A DNA stretch of 64,000 nucleotides from Auanema rhodensis (taxonomy: Eukaryota; Animalia; Nematoda): the NCBI GenBank assembly GCA_964057225.1, contig OZ059896.1, positions 2,108,001 through 2,172,000 of the forward strand, in the 5' to 3' direction. The notes beneath the pieces are model-generated. The model made no database searches. It worked only from the letters and a program-made list of their open reading frames with translations, and was not told the DNA's origin. Position numbers and translations under genes: made by a program. Below, in pieces: positions 26,401 to 42,000 of the stretch. The first letter of the stretch is position 1, and the number at the start of each line of letters is the position of its first letter.

Positions 26401-27641
26401 TCAACATACACTAATGCATCATTTTTCAAACAGTCATAACTAATTTTTGTATTGAGCGTTTCTTAATGTAGTATAGTACATTCGATGCGGATTTTTAAGC
26501 TGCGTCGATCTGTGTTATCAGATTTGCGCTAGCTTGAAAATGCACCGAGATATCAACTGATATAGGTTCACACTTATATCCTCGATTTTCACCGTGAAGA
26601 ATTAATTTTTTTGTTGAATAACAATGTCCATCGTCTTTGTCTTGAAAAAAGGAATCTAAAAACATCTACTTTTTGTAAAATTATCTTGAAATTTTTCGGG
26701 AAAATTTTTGTCAAAATGTTTCTGGAAGCAATGTTGAGTGTACATGGAAACTCAACATACACTAATGCATCATTTTTCAAACGATCATAACTAATTTTTG
26801 TATTGAGCGTTTCTTAATGTAGTATAGTACATTCGATGCGGATTTTTAAGCTGCGTCGATCTGTGTTATCAGATTTGCGCTAGCTTAAAAATGAACCGAG
26901 ATATCAACTTATATAGGTTCACACTTATATCCTCGATTTTCACCGTGAAGAATTAATTTTTTTGTTGAATGACAATGTCCATCGTCTTTGTCTTGAAAAA
27001 AGGAATCTAAAAACATCTACTTTTTGTAAATTTATTCTGAAATTTTTCGGGAAAATGTTTGTCAAAATGTTTTTGGAAGCAATGTTGAGTGTACATGGAA
27101 ACTCAACATACACTAATGCATCATTTTTCAAACAATCATAACTAATTTTTGTATTGAGCGTTTCTTAATGTAGTATAGTACATTCGATGCGGATTTTTAA
27201 GCTGCGTCGATCTGTGTTATCAGATTTGCGCTAGCTTAAAAATGAACCGAGATATCAACTGATATAGGTTCACACTTATATCCTCGATTTTCACCCTGAA
27301 GATTTAATTTTTTCGTTGAATAACATTGTCCATCGTCTTTGTCTTGGAAAAAGGAATCTAAAAACATCTACTTTTTGTAAATTTATTCTGAAATTTTTCG
27401 GGAAAATTTTTGTCAAAATGTTTTTGGAAGCATTGTTGAGTGTACATGGAAACTCAACATACACTAATGCATCATTTTTCAAACAATCATAACTAATTTT
27501 TGTATTGAGCGTTTCTTAATGTAGTATAGTACATTCGATGCGGATTTTTAAGCTGCGTCGATCTGTGTTATCAGATTTGCGCTAGCTTGAAAATGCACCG
27601 AGATATCAACTGATATAGGTTCACACTTATATCCTCGATTT
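23430..27641. repeat. 6-monomer (2106 bp) tandem higher-order duplication of Sat-B
   Basis: The monomer variant order of 23430-25535 is repeated in 25536-27641. Private SNPs gtttcttcatg (~24001/26107) and caaacagtcat (~24321/26427) occur 2106 bp apart. Confidence 0.88.
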
Positions 27642-30600
27642 TCACCGTGAAGAATTAATTTTTTTGTTGAATAACAATGTCCATCGTCTTTGTCTTGAAA
27701 AAAGGAATCTAAAAACATCTACTTTTTGTGAAATTATCTTGAAATTTTTCGGGAAAATTTTTGTCAAAATGTTTCTGGAAGCAATGTTGAGTGTACATGG
27801 AAACTCAACATACACTAATGCATCATTTTTCAAACGATCATAACTAATTTTTGTATTGAGCGTTTCTCCATGTAGTATAGTGCATTCGATGTGGATTTTT
27901 AAGCTGCGTCGATCTGTGTTATCAGATTTGCGCTAGCTTGAAAATGCACCGAGATATCAACTGATATAGGTTCACACTTATATCCTCGATTTTCACCGTG
28001 AAGAATTAATTTTTTCGTTGAATAACAATGTCCATCGTCTTTGTCTTGGAAAAAGGAATCTAAAAACATCTACTTTTTGTAAAATTATTTTGAAATTTTT
28101 CGGGAAAATTTTTGTCAAAATGTTTTTGGAAGCAATGTTGTGTGTACATGGAAACTCAACATACACTAATGCATCATTTTTCAAACGATCATAACTAATT
28201 TTTGTATTGAGCGTTTCTTAATGTAGTATAGTACATTCGATGCGGATTTTTAAGCTGCGTCGATCTGTGTTATCAGATTTGCGCTAGCTTAAAAATGCAC
28301 CGAGATATCAACTGATATAGGTTCACACTTATATCCTCGATTTTCACTGTGAAGAATTAATTTTTTTGTTGAATGACAATGTCCATCGTCTTTGTCTTGA
28401 AAAAAGAAATCTTAAAACATCTACTTTTTGTAAAATTATTTTGAAATTTTTCGGGAAAATTTTTGTCAAAATGTTTTTGGAAGCAATGTTGTGTGTACAT
28501 GGAAACTCAACATACACTAATGCATCATTTTTCAAACGATCATAACTAATTTTTGTATTGAGCGTTTCTTAATGTAGTATAGTGCATTCGATGCGGATTT
28601 TTAAGCTGCGTCGATCTGTGTTATCAGATTTGCGCTAGCTTAAAAATGAACCGAGATATCAACTTATATATGTTCACACTTATATCCTCGATTTTCACCG
28701 TGAAGAATTAATTTTTTTGTTGAATGACAATGTCCATCGTCTTTGTCTTGAAAAAAGGAATCTAAAAACATCTACTTTTTGTAAATTTATTCTGAAATTT
28801 TTCGGGAAAATGTTTGTCAAAATGTTTTTGGAAGCAATGTTGAGTGTACATGGAAACTCAACATACACTAATGCATCATTTTTCAAACAATCATAACTAA
28901 TTTTTGTATTGAGCGTTTCTTAATGTAGTATAGTACATTCGATGCGGATTTTTAAGCTGCGTCGATCTGTGTTATCAGATTTGCGCTAGCTTAAAAATGA
29001 ACCGAGATATCAACTGATATAGGTTCACACTTATATCCTCGATTTTCACCCTGAAGATTTAATTTTTTCGTTGAATAACATTGTCCATCGTCTTTGTCTT
29101 GGAAAAAGGAATCTAAAAACATCTACTTTTTGTAAATTTATTCTGAAATTTTTCGGGAAAATTTTTGTCAAAATGTTTTTGGAAGCATTGTTGAGTGTAC
29201 ATGGAAACTCAACATACACTAATGCATCATTTTTCAAACGATCATAACTAATTTTTGTATTGAGCGTTTCTCCATGTAGTATAGTGCATTCGATGCGGAT
29301 TTTTAAGCTGCGTCGATCTGTGTTATCAGATTTGCGCTAGCTTGAAAATGCACCGAGATATCAACTGATATAGGTTCACACTTATATCCTCGATTTTCAC
29401 CCTGAAGATTTAATTTTTTCGTTGAATAACATTGTCCATCGTCTTTGTCTTGAAAAAAGGAATCTAAAAACATCTACTTTTTGTGAAATTATTTTGAAAT
29501 TTTTCGGGAAAATTTTTGTCAAAATGTTTTTGGAAGCATTGTTGAGTGTACATGGAAACTCAACATACACTAATGCATCATTTTTCAAACAATCATAACT
29601 AATTTTTGTATTGAGCGTTTCTTAATGTAGTATAGTACATTCGATGCGGATTTTTAAGCTGCGTCGATCTGTGTTATCAGATTTGCGCTAGCTTGAAAAT
29701 GCACCGAGATATCAACTGATATAGGTTCACACTTATATCCTCGATTTTCACCGTGAAGAATTAATTTTTTTGTTGAATAACAATGTCCATCGTCTTTGTC
29801 TTGAAAAAAGGAATCTAAAAACATCTACTTTTTGTGAAATTATCTTGAAATTTTTCGGGAAAATTTTTGTCAAAATGTTTCTGGAAGCAATGTTGAGTGT
29901 ACATGGAAACTCAACATACACTAATGCATCATTTTTCAAACGATCATAACTAATTTTTGTATTGAGCGTTTCTCCATGTAGTATAGTGCATTCGATGTGG
30001 ATTTTTAAGCTGCGTCGATCTGTGTTATCAGATTTGCGCTAGCTTGAAAATGCACCGAGATATCAACTGATATAGGTTCACACTTATATCCTCGATTTTC
30101 ACCGTGAAGAATTAATTTTTTCGTTGAATAACAATGTCCATCGTCTTTGTCTTGGAAAAAGGAATCTAAAAACATCTACTTTTTGTAAAATTATTTTGAA
30201 ATTTTTCGGGAAAATTTTTGTCAAAATGTTTTTGGAAGCAATGTTGTGTGTACATGGAAACTCAACATACACTAATGCATCATTTTTCAAACGATCATAA
30301 CTAATTTTTGTATTGAGCGTTTCTTAATGTAGTATAGTACATTCGATGCGGATTTTTAAGCTGCGTCGATCTGTGTTATCAGATTTGCGCTAGCTTAAAA
30401 ATGAACCGAGATATCAACTGATATAGGTTCACACTTATATCCTCGATTTTCACCCTGAAGATTTAATTTTTTCGTTGAATAACATTTTCCATCGTCTTCG
30501 TCTTGGAAAAAGGAATCTAAAAACATCTACTTTTTGTAAATTTATTCTGAAATTTTTCGGGAAAATTTTTGTCAAAATGTTTTTGGAAGCATTGTTGAGT

Positions 30601-31853
30601 GTACATGGAAACTCAACATACACTAATGCATCATTTTTCAAACAATCATAACTAATTTTTGTATTGAGCGTTTCTTAATGTAGTATAGTGTATTCGATGC
30701 GGATTTTTAAGCTGCGTCGATCTGTGTTATCAGATTTGCGCTAGCTTGAAAATGCACCGAGATATCAACTGATATAGGTTCACACTTATATCCTCGATTT
30801 TCACCGTGAAGAATTAATTTTTTTGTTGAATAACAATGTCCATCGTCTTTGTCTTGAAAAAAGGAATCTAAAAACATCTACTTTTTGTGAAATTATCTTG
30901 AAATTTTTCGGGAAAATTTTTGTCAAAATGTTTCTGGAAGCAATGTTGAGTGTACATGGAAACTCAACATACACTAATGCATCATTTTTCAAACGATCAT
31001 AACTAATTTTTGTATTGAGCGTTTCTCCATGTAGTATAGTGCATTCGATGTGGATTTTTAAGCTGCGTCGATCTGTGTTATCAGATTTGCGCTAGCTTGA
31101 AAATGCACCGAGATATCAACTGATATAGGTTCACACTTATATCCTCGATTTTCACCGTGAAGAATTAATTTTTTCGTTGAATAACAATGTCCATCGTCTT
31201 TGTCTTGGAAAAAGGAATCTAAAAACATCTACTTTTTGTAAAATTATTTTGAAATTTTTCGGGAAAATTTTTGTCAAAATGTTTTTGGAAGCAATGTTGT
31301 GTGTACATGGAAACTCAACATACACTAATGCATCATTTTTCAAACGATCATAACTAATTTTTGTATTGAGCGTTTTTTAATGTAGTGTAGTACATTCGAT
31401 GCGGATTTTTAAGCTGCGTCGATCTGTGTTATCAGATTTGCGCTAGCTTAAAAATGCACCGAGATATCAACTGATATAGGTTCACACTTATATCCTCGAT
31501 TTTCACTGTGAAGAATTAATTTTTTTGTTGAATGACAATGTCCATCGTCTTTGTCTTGAAAAAAGAAATCTTAAAACATCTACTTTTTGTAAAATTATTT
31601 TGAAATTTTTCGGGAAAATTTTTGTCAAAATGTTTTTGGAAGCAATGTTGTGTGTACATGGAAACTCAACATACACTAATGCATCATTTTTCAAACGATC
31701 ATAACTAATTTTTGTATTGAGCGTTTCTTAATGTAGTATAGTGCATTCGATGCGGATTTTTAAGCTGCGTCGATCTGTGTTATCAGATTTGCGCTAGCTT
31801 AAAAATGAACCGAGATATCAACTTATATATGTTCACACTTATATCCTCGATTT

Positions 31854-34800
31854 TCACCGTGAAGAATTAATTTTTTTGTTGAATGACAATGTCCATCGTC
31901 TTTGTCTTGAAAAAAGGAATCTAAAAACATCTACTTTTTGTAAATTTATTCTGAAATTTTTCGGGAAAATGTTTGTCAAAATGTTTTTGGAAGCAATGTT
32001 GAGTGTACATGGAAACTCAACATACACTAATGCATCATTTTTCAAACAATCATAACTAATTTTTGTATTGAGCGTTTCTTAATGTAGTATAGTACATTCG
32101 ATGCGGTTTTTTAAGCTGCGTCGATCTGTGTTATCAGATTTGCGCTAGCTTAAAAATGAACCGAGATATCAACTGATATAGGTTCACACTTATATCCTCG
32201 ATTTTCACCCTGAAGATTTAATTTTTTCGTTGAATAACATTGTCCATCGTCTTTGTCTTGGAAAAAGGAATCTAAAAACATCTACTTTTTGTAAATTTAT
32301 TCTGAAATTTTTCGGGAAAATTTTTGTCAAAATGTTTTTGGAAGCATTGTTGAGTGTACATGGAAACTCAACATACACTAATGCATCATTTTTCAAACGA
32401 TCATAACTAATTTTTGTATTGAGCGTTTCTCCATGTAGTATAGTGCATTCGATGCGGATTTTTAAGCTGCGTCGATCTGTGTTATCAGATTTGCGCTAGC
32501 TTGAAAATGCACCGAGATATCAACTGATATAGGTTCACACTTATATCCTCGATTTTCACCCTGAAGATTTAATTTTTTCGTTGAATAACATTGTCCATCG
32601 TCTTTGTCTTGAAAAAAGGAATCTAAAAACATCTACTTTTTGTGAAATTATTTTGAAATTTTTCGGGAAAATTTTTGTCAAAATGTTTTTGGAAGCATTG
32701 TTGAGTGTACATGGAAACTCAACATACACTAATGCATCATTTTTCAAACAATCATAACTAATTTTTGTATTGAGCGTTTCTTAATGTAGTATAGTACATT
32801 CGATGCGGATTTTTAAGCTGCGTCGATCTGTGTTATCAGATTTGCGCTAGCTTGAAAATGCACCGAGATATCAACTGATATAGGTTCACACTTATATCCT
32901 CGATTTTCACCGTGAAGAATTAATTTTTTTGTTGAATAACAATGTCCATCGTCTTTGTCTTGAAAAAAGGAATCTAAAAACATCTACTTTTTGTGAAATT
33001 ATCTTGAAATTTTTCGGGAAAATTTTTGTCAAAATGTTTCTGGAAGCAATGTTGAGTGTACATGGAAACTCAACATACACTAATGCATCATTTTTCAAAC
33101 GATCATAACTAATTTTTGTATTGAGCGTTTCTCCATGTAGTATAGTGCATTCGATGTGGATTTTTAAGCTGCGTCGATCTGTGTTATCAGATTTGCGCTA
33201 GCTTGAAAATGCACCGAGATATCAACTGATATAGGTTCACACTTATATCCTCGATTTTCACCGTGAAGAATTAATTTTTTCGTTGAATAACAATGTCCAT
33301 CGTCTTTGTCTTGGAAAAAGGAATCTAAAAACATCTACTTTTTGTAAATTTATTCTGAAATTTTTCGGGAAAATGTTTGTCAAAATGTTTTTGGAAGCAA
33401 TGTTGAGTGTACATGGAAACTCAACATACACTAATGCATCATTTTTCAAACGATCATAACTAATTTTTGTATTGAGCGTTGCTTAATGTAGTATAGTGCA
33501 TTCGATGCGGATTTTTAAGCTGCGTCGATCTGTGTTATCAGATTTGCGCTAGCTTAAAAATGCACCGAGATATCAACTGATATAGGTTCACACTTATATC
33601 CTCGATTTTCACCGTGAAGAATTAATTTTTTTGTTGAATGACAATATCCATCGTCTTTGTCTTGAAAAAAGAAATCTAAAAACATCTACTTTTTGTAAAA
33701 TTATTTTGAAATTTTTCGGGAAAATTTTTGTCAAAATGTTTTTGGAAGCAATGTTGTGTGTACATGGAAACTCAACATACACTAATGCATCATTTTTCAA
33801 ACGATCATAACTAATTTTTGTATTGAGCGTTTCTCCATGTAGTATAGTGCATTCGATGCGGATTTTTAAGCTGCGTCGATCTGTGTTATCAGATTTGCGC
33901 TAGCTTAAAAATGAACCGAGATATCAACTTATATATGTTCACACTTATATCCTCGATTTTCACCGTGAAGAATTAATTTTTTTGTTGAATGACAATGTCC
34001 ATCGTCTTTGTCTTGAAAAAAGGAATCTAAAAACATCTACTTTTTGTAAATTTATTCTGAAATTTTTCGGGAAAATGTTTGTCAAAATGTTTTTGGAAGC
34101 AATGTTGAGTGTACATGGAAACTCAACATACACTAATGCATCATTTTTCAAACAATCATAACTAATTTTTGTATTGAGCGTTTCTTAATGTAGTATAGTA
34201 CATTCGATGCGGTTTTTTAAGCTGCGTCGATCTGTGTTATCAGATTTGCGCTAGCTTAAAAATGAACCGAGATATCAACTGATATAGGTTCACACTTATA
34301 TCCTCGATTTTCACCCTGAAGATTTAATTTTTTCGTTGAATAACATTGTCCATCGTCTTTGTCTTGGAAAAAGGAATCTAAAAACATCTACTTTTTGTAA
34401 ATTTATTCTGAAATTTTTCGGGAAAATTTTTGTCAAAATGTTTTTGGAAGCATTGTTGAGTGTACATGGAAACTCAACATACACTAATGCATCATTTTTC
34501 AAACGATCATAACTAATTTTTGTATTGAGCGTTTCTCCATGTAGTATAGTGCATTCGATGCGGATTTTTAAGCTGCGTCGATCTGTGTTATCAGATTTGC
34601 GCTAGCTTGAAAATGCACCGAGATATCAACTGATATAGGTTCACACTTATATCCTCGATTTTCACCCTGAAGATTTAATTTTTTCGTTGAATAACATTGT
34701 CCATCGTCTTTGTCTTGAAAAAAGGAATCTAAAAACATCTACTTTTTGTGAAATTATTTTGAAATTTTTCGGGAAAATTTTTGTCAAAATGTTTTTGGAA

Positions 34801-36065
34801 GCATTGTTGAGTGTACATGGAAACTCAACATACACTAATGCATCATTTTTCAAACAATCATAACTAATTTTTGTATTGAGCGTTTCTTAATGTAGTATAG
34901 TACATTCGATGCGGATTTTTAAGCTGCGTCGATCTGTGTTATCAGATTTGCGCTAGCTTGAAAATGCACCGAGATATCAACTGATATAGGTTCACACTTA
35001 TATCCTCGATTTTCACCGTGAAGAATTAATTTTTTTGTTGAATAACAATGTCCATCGTCTTTGTCTTGAAAAAAGGAATCTAAAAACATCTACTTTTTGT
35101 GAAATTATCTTGAAATTTTTCGGGAAAATTTTTGTCAAAATGTTTCTGGAAGCAATGTTGAGTGTACATGGAAACTCAACATACACTAATGCATCATTTT
35201 TCAAACGATCATAACTAATTTTTGTATTGAGCGTTTCTCCATGTAGTATAGTGCATTCGATGTGGATTTTTAAGCTGCGTCGATCTGTGTTATCAGATTT
35301 GCGCTAGCTTGAAAATGCACCGAGATATCAACTGATATAGGTTCACACTTATATCCTCGATTTTCACCGTGAAGAATTAATTTTTTCGTTGAATAACAAT
35401 GTCCATCGTCTTTGTCTTGGAAAAAGGAATCTAAAAACATCTACTTTTTGTAAATTTATTCTGAAATTTTTCGGGAAAATGTTTGTCAAAATGTTTTTGG
35501 AAGCAATGTTGAGTGTACATGGAAACTCAACATACACTAATGCATCATTTTTCAAACGATCATAACTAATTTTTGTATTGAGCGTTGCTTAATGTAGTAT
35601 AGTGCATTCGATGCGGATTTTTAAGCTGCGTCGATCTGTGTTATCAGATTTGCGCTAGCTTAAAAATGCACCGAGATATCAACTGATATAGGTTCACACT
35701 TATATCCTCGATTTTCACCGTGAAGAATTAATTTTTTTGTTGAATGACAATATCCATCGTCTTTGTCTTGAAAAAAGAAATCTAAAAACATCTACTTTTT
35801 GTAAAATTATTTTGAAATTTTTCGGGAAAATTTTTGTCAAAATGTTTTTGGAAGCAATGTTGTGTGTACATGGAAACTCAACATACACTAATGCATCATT
35901 TTTCAAACGATCATAACTAATTTTTGTATTGAGCGTTTCTTAATGTAGTATAGTGCATTCGATGCGGATTTTTAAGCTGCGTCGATCTGTGTTATCAGAT
36001 TTGCGCTAGCTTAAAAATGAACCGAGATATCAACTGATATAGGTTCACACTTATATCCTCGATTT
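31854..36065. repeat. Second 6-monomer (2106 bp) tandem higher-order duplication of Sat-B
   Basis: Private SNPs occur 2106 bp apart: acaatatcc (WILS ORF variants at 33609/35715) and gcggttttt (~32103/34209). The order of the six variants is the same in both copies. Confidence 0.88.
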
Positions 36066-39000
36066 TCACCGTGAAGAATTAATTTTTTTGTTGAATGACA
36101 ATGTCCATCGTCTTTGTCTTGAAAAAAGGAATCTAAAAACATCTACTTTTTGTAAATTTATTCTGAAATTTTTCGGGAAAATGTTTGTCAAAATGTTTTT
36201 GGAAGCAATTTTGAGTGTACATGGAAACTCAACATACACTAATGCATCATTTTTCAAACAATCATAACTAATTTTTGTATTGAGCGTTTCTTAATGTAGT
36301 ATAGTACATTCGATGCGGATTTTTAAGCTGCGTCGATCTGTGTTATCAGATTTGCGCTAGCTTAAAAATGAACCGAGATATCAACTGATATAGGTTCACA
36401 CTTATATCCTCGATTTTCACCCTGAAGATTTAATTTTTTCGTTGAATAACATTGTCCATCGTCTTTGTCTTGAAAAAAGGAATCTAAAAACATCTACTTT
36501 TTGTGAAATTATTTTGAAATTTTTCGGGAAAATTTTTGTCAAAATGTTTTTGGAAGCATTGTTGAGTGTACATGGAAACTCAACATACACTAATGCATCA
36601 TTTTTCAAACGATCATAACTAATTTTTGTATTGAGCGTTTCTTAATGTAGTATAGTGCATTCGATGCGGATTTTTAAGCTGCGTCGATCTGTGTTATCAG
36701 ATTTGCGCTAGCTTAAAAATGAACCGAGATATCAACTGATATAGGTTCACACTTATATCCTCGATTTTCACCGTGAAGAATTAATTTTTTTGTTGAATGA
36801 CAGTGTCCATCGTCTTTGTCTTGAAAAAAGGAATCTAAAAACATCTACTTTTTGTAAATTTATTCTGAAATTTTTCGGGAAAATGTTTGTCAAAATGTTT
36901 TTGGAAGCATTGTTGAGTGTACATGGAAACTCAACATACACTAATGCATCATTTTTCAAACGATCATAACTAACTTTTGTATTGAGTGTTTCCCAATGTA
37001 GTATAGTGCATTCGATGTGGATTTTTAAGCTGCGTCGATCTGTGTTATCAGATTTGCGCTAGCTTAAAAATGCACCGAGATATCAACTGATATAAGTTCA
37101 CACTTATATCCTCGATTTTCACCCTGAAGAATTAATTTTTTTGTTGAATAACAATGTCCATCGTCTTTGTCTTGAAAAAAGGAATCTAAAAACATCTACT
37201 TTTTGTGAAATTATTTTGAAATGTTTCGGGAAAATTTTTGTCAAAATGTTTTTGGAAGCAATGTTGAGTGTACATGGAAACTCAACATACACTAATGCAT
37301 CATTTTTCAAACGATCACAACTAATTTTTGTATTGAGTGTTTCCCAATGTAGTATAGTGCATTCGATGTGGATTTTTAAGCTGCGTCGATCTGTGTTATC
37401 AGATTTGCGCTAGCTTAAAAATGCACCGAGATATCAACTGATATAAGTTCACACTTATATCCTCGATTTTCACCCTGAAGAATTAATTTTTTTGTTGAAT
37501 AACAATGTCCATCGTCTTTGTCTTGAAAAAAGGAATCTAAAAACATCTACTTTTTGTGAAATTATTTTGAAATTTTTCGGGAAAATTTTTGTCAAAATGT
37601 TTTTGGAAGCAATGTTGAGTGTACATGGAAACTCAACATACACTAATGCATCATTTTTCAAACGATCATAACTAATTTTTGTATTGAGTGTTTCCCAATG
37701 TAGTATAGTGCATTCGATGCGGATTTTGAAGCTGCGTCGATCTGTGTTATCAGATTTGCGCTAGCTTAAAAATGAACCGAGATATCAACTGATATAGGTT
37801 CACACTTATATCCTCGATTTTCACCCTGAAGATTTAATTTTTTCGTTGAATAACATTGTCCATCGTCTTTGTCTTGAAAAAAGGAATCTAAGAACATCTA
37901 CTTTTTGTGAAATTATTTTGAAATTTTTCGGGAAAATTTTTGTCAAAATGTTTTTGGAAGCATTGTTGAGTGTACATGGAAACTCAACATACACTAATGC
38001 ATCATTTTTCAAACGATCATAACTAATTTTTGTATTGAGCGTTTCTCCATGTAGTATAGTGCATTCGATGCGGATTTTTAAGCTGCGTCGATCTGTGTTA
38101 TCAGATTTGCGCTAGCTTAAAAATGAACCGAGATATCAACTGATATAGGTTCACACTTATATCCTCGATTTTCACCCTGAAGATTTAATTTTTTCGTTGA
38201 ATAACATTGTCCATCGTCTTTGTCTTGAAAAAAGGAATCTAAGAACATCTACTTTTTGTGAAATTATTTTGAAATTTTTCGGGAAAATTTTTGTCAAAAT
38301 GTTTTTGGAAGCAATGTTGAGTGTACATGGAAACTCAACATACACTAATGCATCATTTTTCAAACGATCATAACTAATTTTTGTATTGAGTGTTTCCCAA
38401 TGTAGTATAGTGCATTCGATGCGGATTTTTAAGCTGCGTCGATCTGTGTTATCAGATTTGCGCTAGCTTAAAAATGAACCGAGATATCAACTGATATAGG
38501 TTCACACTTATATCCTCGATTTTCACCCTGAAGATTTAATTTTTTCGTTGAATAACATTGTCCATCGTCTTTGTCTTGAAAAAAGGAATCTAAGAACATC
38601 TACTTTTTGTGAAATTATTTTGAAATTTTTCGGGAAAATTTTTGTCAAAATGTTTTTGGAAGCATTGTTGAGTGTACATGGAAACTCAACATACACTAAT
38701 GCATCATTTTTCAAACGATCATAACTAATTTTTGTATTGAGCGTTTCTCCATGTAGTATAGTGCATTCGATGCGGATTTTTAAGCTGCGTCGATCTGTGT
38801 TATCAGATTTGCGCTAGCTTGAAAATGCACCGAGATATCAACTGATATAGGTTCACACTTATATCCTCGATTTTCACCGTGAAGAATTAATTTTTTTGTT
38901 GAATAACAATGTCCATCGTCTTTGTCTTGAAAAAAGGAATCTAAAAACATCTACTTTTTGTGAAATTATTTTGAAATTTTTCGGGAAAATTTTTGTCAAA

Positions 39001-42000
39001 ATGTTTTTGGAAGCAATGTTGAGTGTACATGGAAACTCAACATACACTAATGCATCATTTTTCAAACGATCATAACTAATTTTTGTATTGAGCGTTGCTT
39101 AATGTAGTATAGTGCATTCGATGCGGATTTTTAAGCTGCGTCGATCTGTGTTATCAGATTTGCGCTAGCTTAAAAATGCACCGAGATATCAACTGATATA
39201 GGTTCACACTTATATCCTCGATTTTCACCGTGAAGAATTAATTTTTTTGTTGAATAACAATGTCCATCGTCTTTGTCTTGAAAAAAGGAATCTAAAAACA
39301 TCTACTTTTTGTGAAATTATCTTGAAATTTTTCGGGAAAATTTTTGTCAAAATGTTTCTGGAAGCAATGTTGAGTGTACATGGAAACTCAACATACACTA
39401 ATGCATCATTTTTCAAACGATCTTAACTAATTTTTGTATTGAGCGTTTCTCCATGTAGTATAGTGCATTCGATGTGGATTTTTAAGCTGCGTCGATCTGT
39501 GTTATCAGATTTGCGCTAGCTTGAAAATGCACCGAGATATCAACTGATATAGGTTCACACTTATATCCTCGATTTTCACCGTGAAGAATTAATTTTTTCG
39601 TTGAATAACAATGTCCATCGTCTTTGTCTTGGAAAAAGGAATCTAAAAACATCTACTTTTTGTAAATTTATTCTGAAATTTTTCGGGAAAATGTTTGTCA
39701 AAATGTTTTTGGAAGCAATGTTGAGTGTACATGGAAACTCAACATACACTAATGCATCATTTTTCAAACGATCATAACTAATTTTTGTATTGAGCGTTGC
39801 TTAATGTAGTATAGTGCATTCGATGCGGATTTTTAAGCTGCGTCGATCTGTGTTATCAGATTTGCGCTAGCTTAAAAATGCACCGAGATATCAACTGATA
39901 TAGGTTCACACTTATATCCTCGATTTTCACCGTGAAGAATTAATTTTTTTGTTGAATGACAATGTCCATCGTCTTTGTCTTGAAAAAAGAAATCTAAAAA
40001 CATCTACTTTTTGTAAAATTATTTTGAAATTTTTCGGGAAAATTTTTGTCAAAATGTTTTTGGAAGCAATGTTGTGTGTACATGGAAACTCAACATACAC
40101 TAATGCATCATTTTTCAAACGATCATAACTAATTTTTGTATTGAGCGTTTCTTAATGTAGTATAGTGCATTCGATGCGGATTTTTAAGCTGCGTCGATCT
40201 GTGTTATCAGATTTGCGCTAGCTTAAAAATGAACCGAGATATCAACTGATATAGGTTCACACTTATATCCTCGATTTTCACCCTGAAGATTTAATTTTTT
40301 CGTTGAATAACATTGTCCATCGTCTTTGTCTTGAAAAAAGGAATCTAAGAACATCTACTTTTTATGAAATTATTTTGAAATTTTCCGGGAAAATTTTTGT
40401 CAAAATGTTTTTGGAAGCATTGTTGAGTGTACATGGAAACTCAACATACACTAATGCATCATTTTTCAAACGATCATAACTAATTTTTGTATTGAGCGTT
40501 TCTCCATGTAGTATAGTGCATTCGATGCGGATTTTTAAGCTGCGTCGATCTGTGTTATCAGATTTGCGCTAGCTTGAAAATGCACCGAGATATCAACTGA
40601 TATAGGTTCACACTTATATCCTCGATTTTCACCGTGAAGAATTAATTTTTTTGTTGAATAACAATGTCCATCGTCTTTGTCTTGAAAAAAGGAATCTAAA
40701 AACATCTACTTTTTGTGAAATTATTTTGAAATTTTTCGGGAAAATTTTTGTCAAAATGTTTTTGGAAGCAATGTTGAGTGTACATGGAAACTCAACATAC
40801 ACTAATGCATCATTTTTCAAACGATCATAACTAATTTTTGTATTGAGCGTTGCTTAATGTAGTATAGTGCATTCGATGCGGATTTTTAAGCTGCGTCGAT
40901 CTGTGTTATCAGATTTGCGCTAGCTTAAAAATGCACCGAGATATCAACTGATATAGGTTCACACTTATATCCTCGATTTTCACTGTGAAGAATTAATTTT
41001 TTTGTTGAATGACAATGTCCATCGTCTTTGTCTTGAAAAAAGAAATCTAAAAACATCTACTTTTTGTAAAATTATTTTGAAATTTTTCGGGAAAATTTTT
41101 GTCAAAATGTTTTTGGAAGCAATGTTGTGTGTACATGGAAACTCAACATACACTAATGCATCATTTTTCAAACGATCATAACTAATTTTTGTATTGAGCG
41201 TTTCTTAATGTAGTATAGTGCATTCGATGCGGATTTTTAAGCTGCGTCGATCTGTGTTATCAGATTTGCGCTAGCTTAAAAATGAACCGAGATATCAACT
41301 TATATAGGTTCACACTTATATCCTCGATTTTCACCGTGAAGAATTAATTTTTTTGTTGAATGACAATGTCCATCGTCTTTGTCTTGAAAAAAGGAATCTA
41401 AAAACATCTACTTTTTGTAAATTTATTCTGAAATTTTTCGGGAAAATGTTTGTCAAAATGTTTTTGGAAGCAATGTTGAGTGTACATGGAAACTCAACAT
41501 ACACTAATGCATCATTTTTCAAACAATCATAACTAATTTTTGTATTGAGCGTTTCTTAATGTAGTATAGTACATTCGATGCGGATTTTTAAGCTGCGTCG
41601 ATCTGTGTTATCAGATTTGCGCTAGCTTAAAAATGAACCGAGATATCAACTGATATAGGTTCACACTTATATCCTCGATTTTCACCCTGAAGATTTAATT
41701 TTTTCGTTGAATAACATTGTCTATCGTCTTTGTCTTGAAAAAAGGAATCTAAAAACATCTACTTTTTGTGAAATTATTTTGAAATTTTTCGGGAAAATTT
41801 TTGTCAAAATGTTTTTGGAAGCATTGTTGAGTGTACATGGAAACTCAACATACACTAATGCATCATTTTTCAAACGATCATAACTAATTTTTGTATTGAG
41901 CGTTTCTCCATGTAGTATAGTGCATTCGATGCGGATTTTTAAGCTGCGTCGATCTGTGTTATCAGATTTGCGCTAGCTTAAAAATGAACCGAGATATCAA

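Noticed and set aside
37141-37413. 90-aa + strand ORF
   Set aside because: Created by a single private SNP (cataa>cacaa) that removes a stop present in the other monomers; TTG start.
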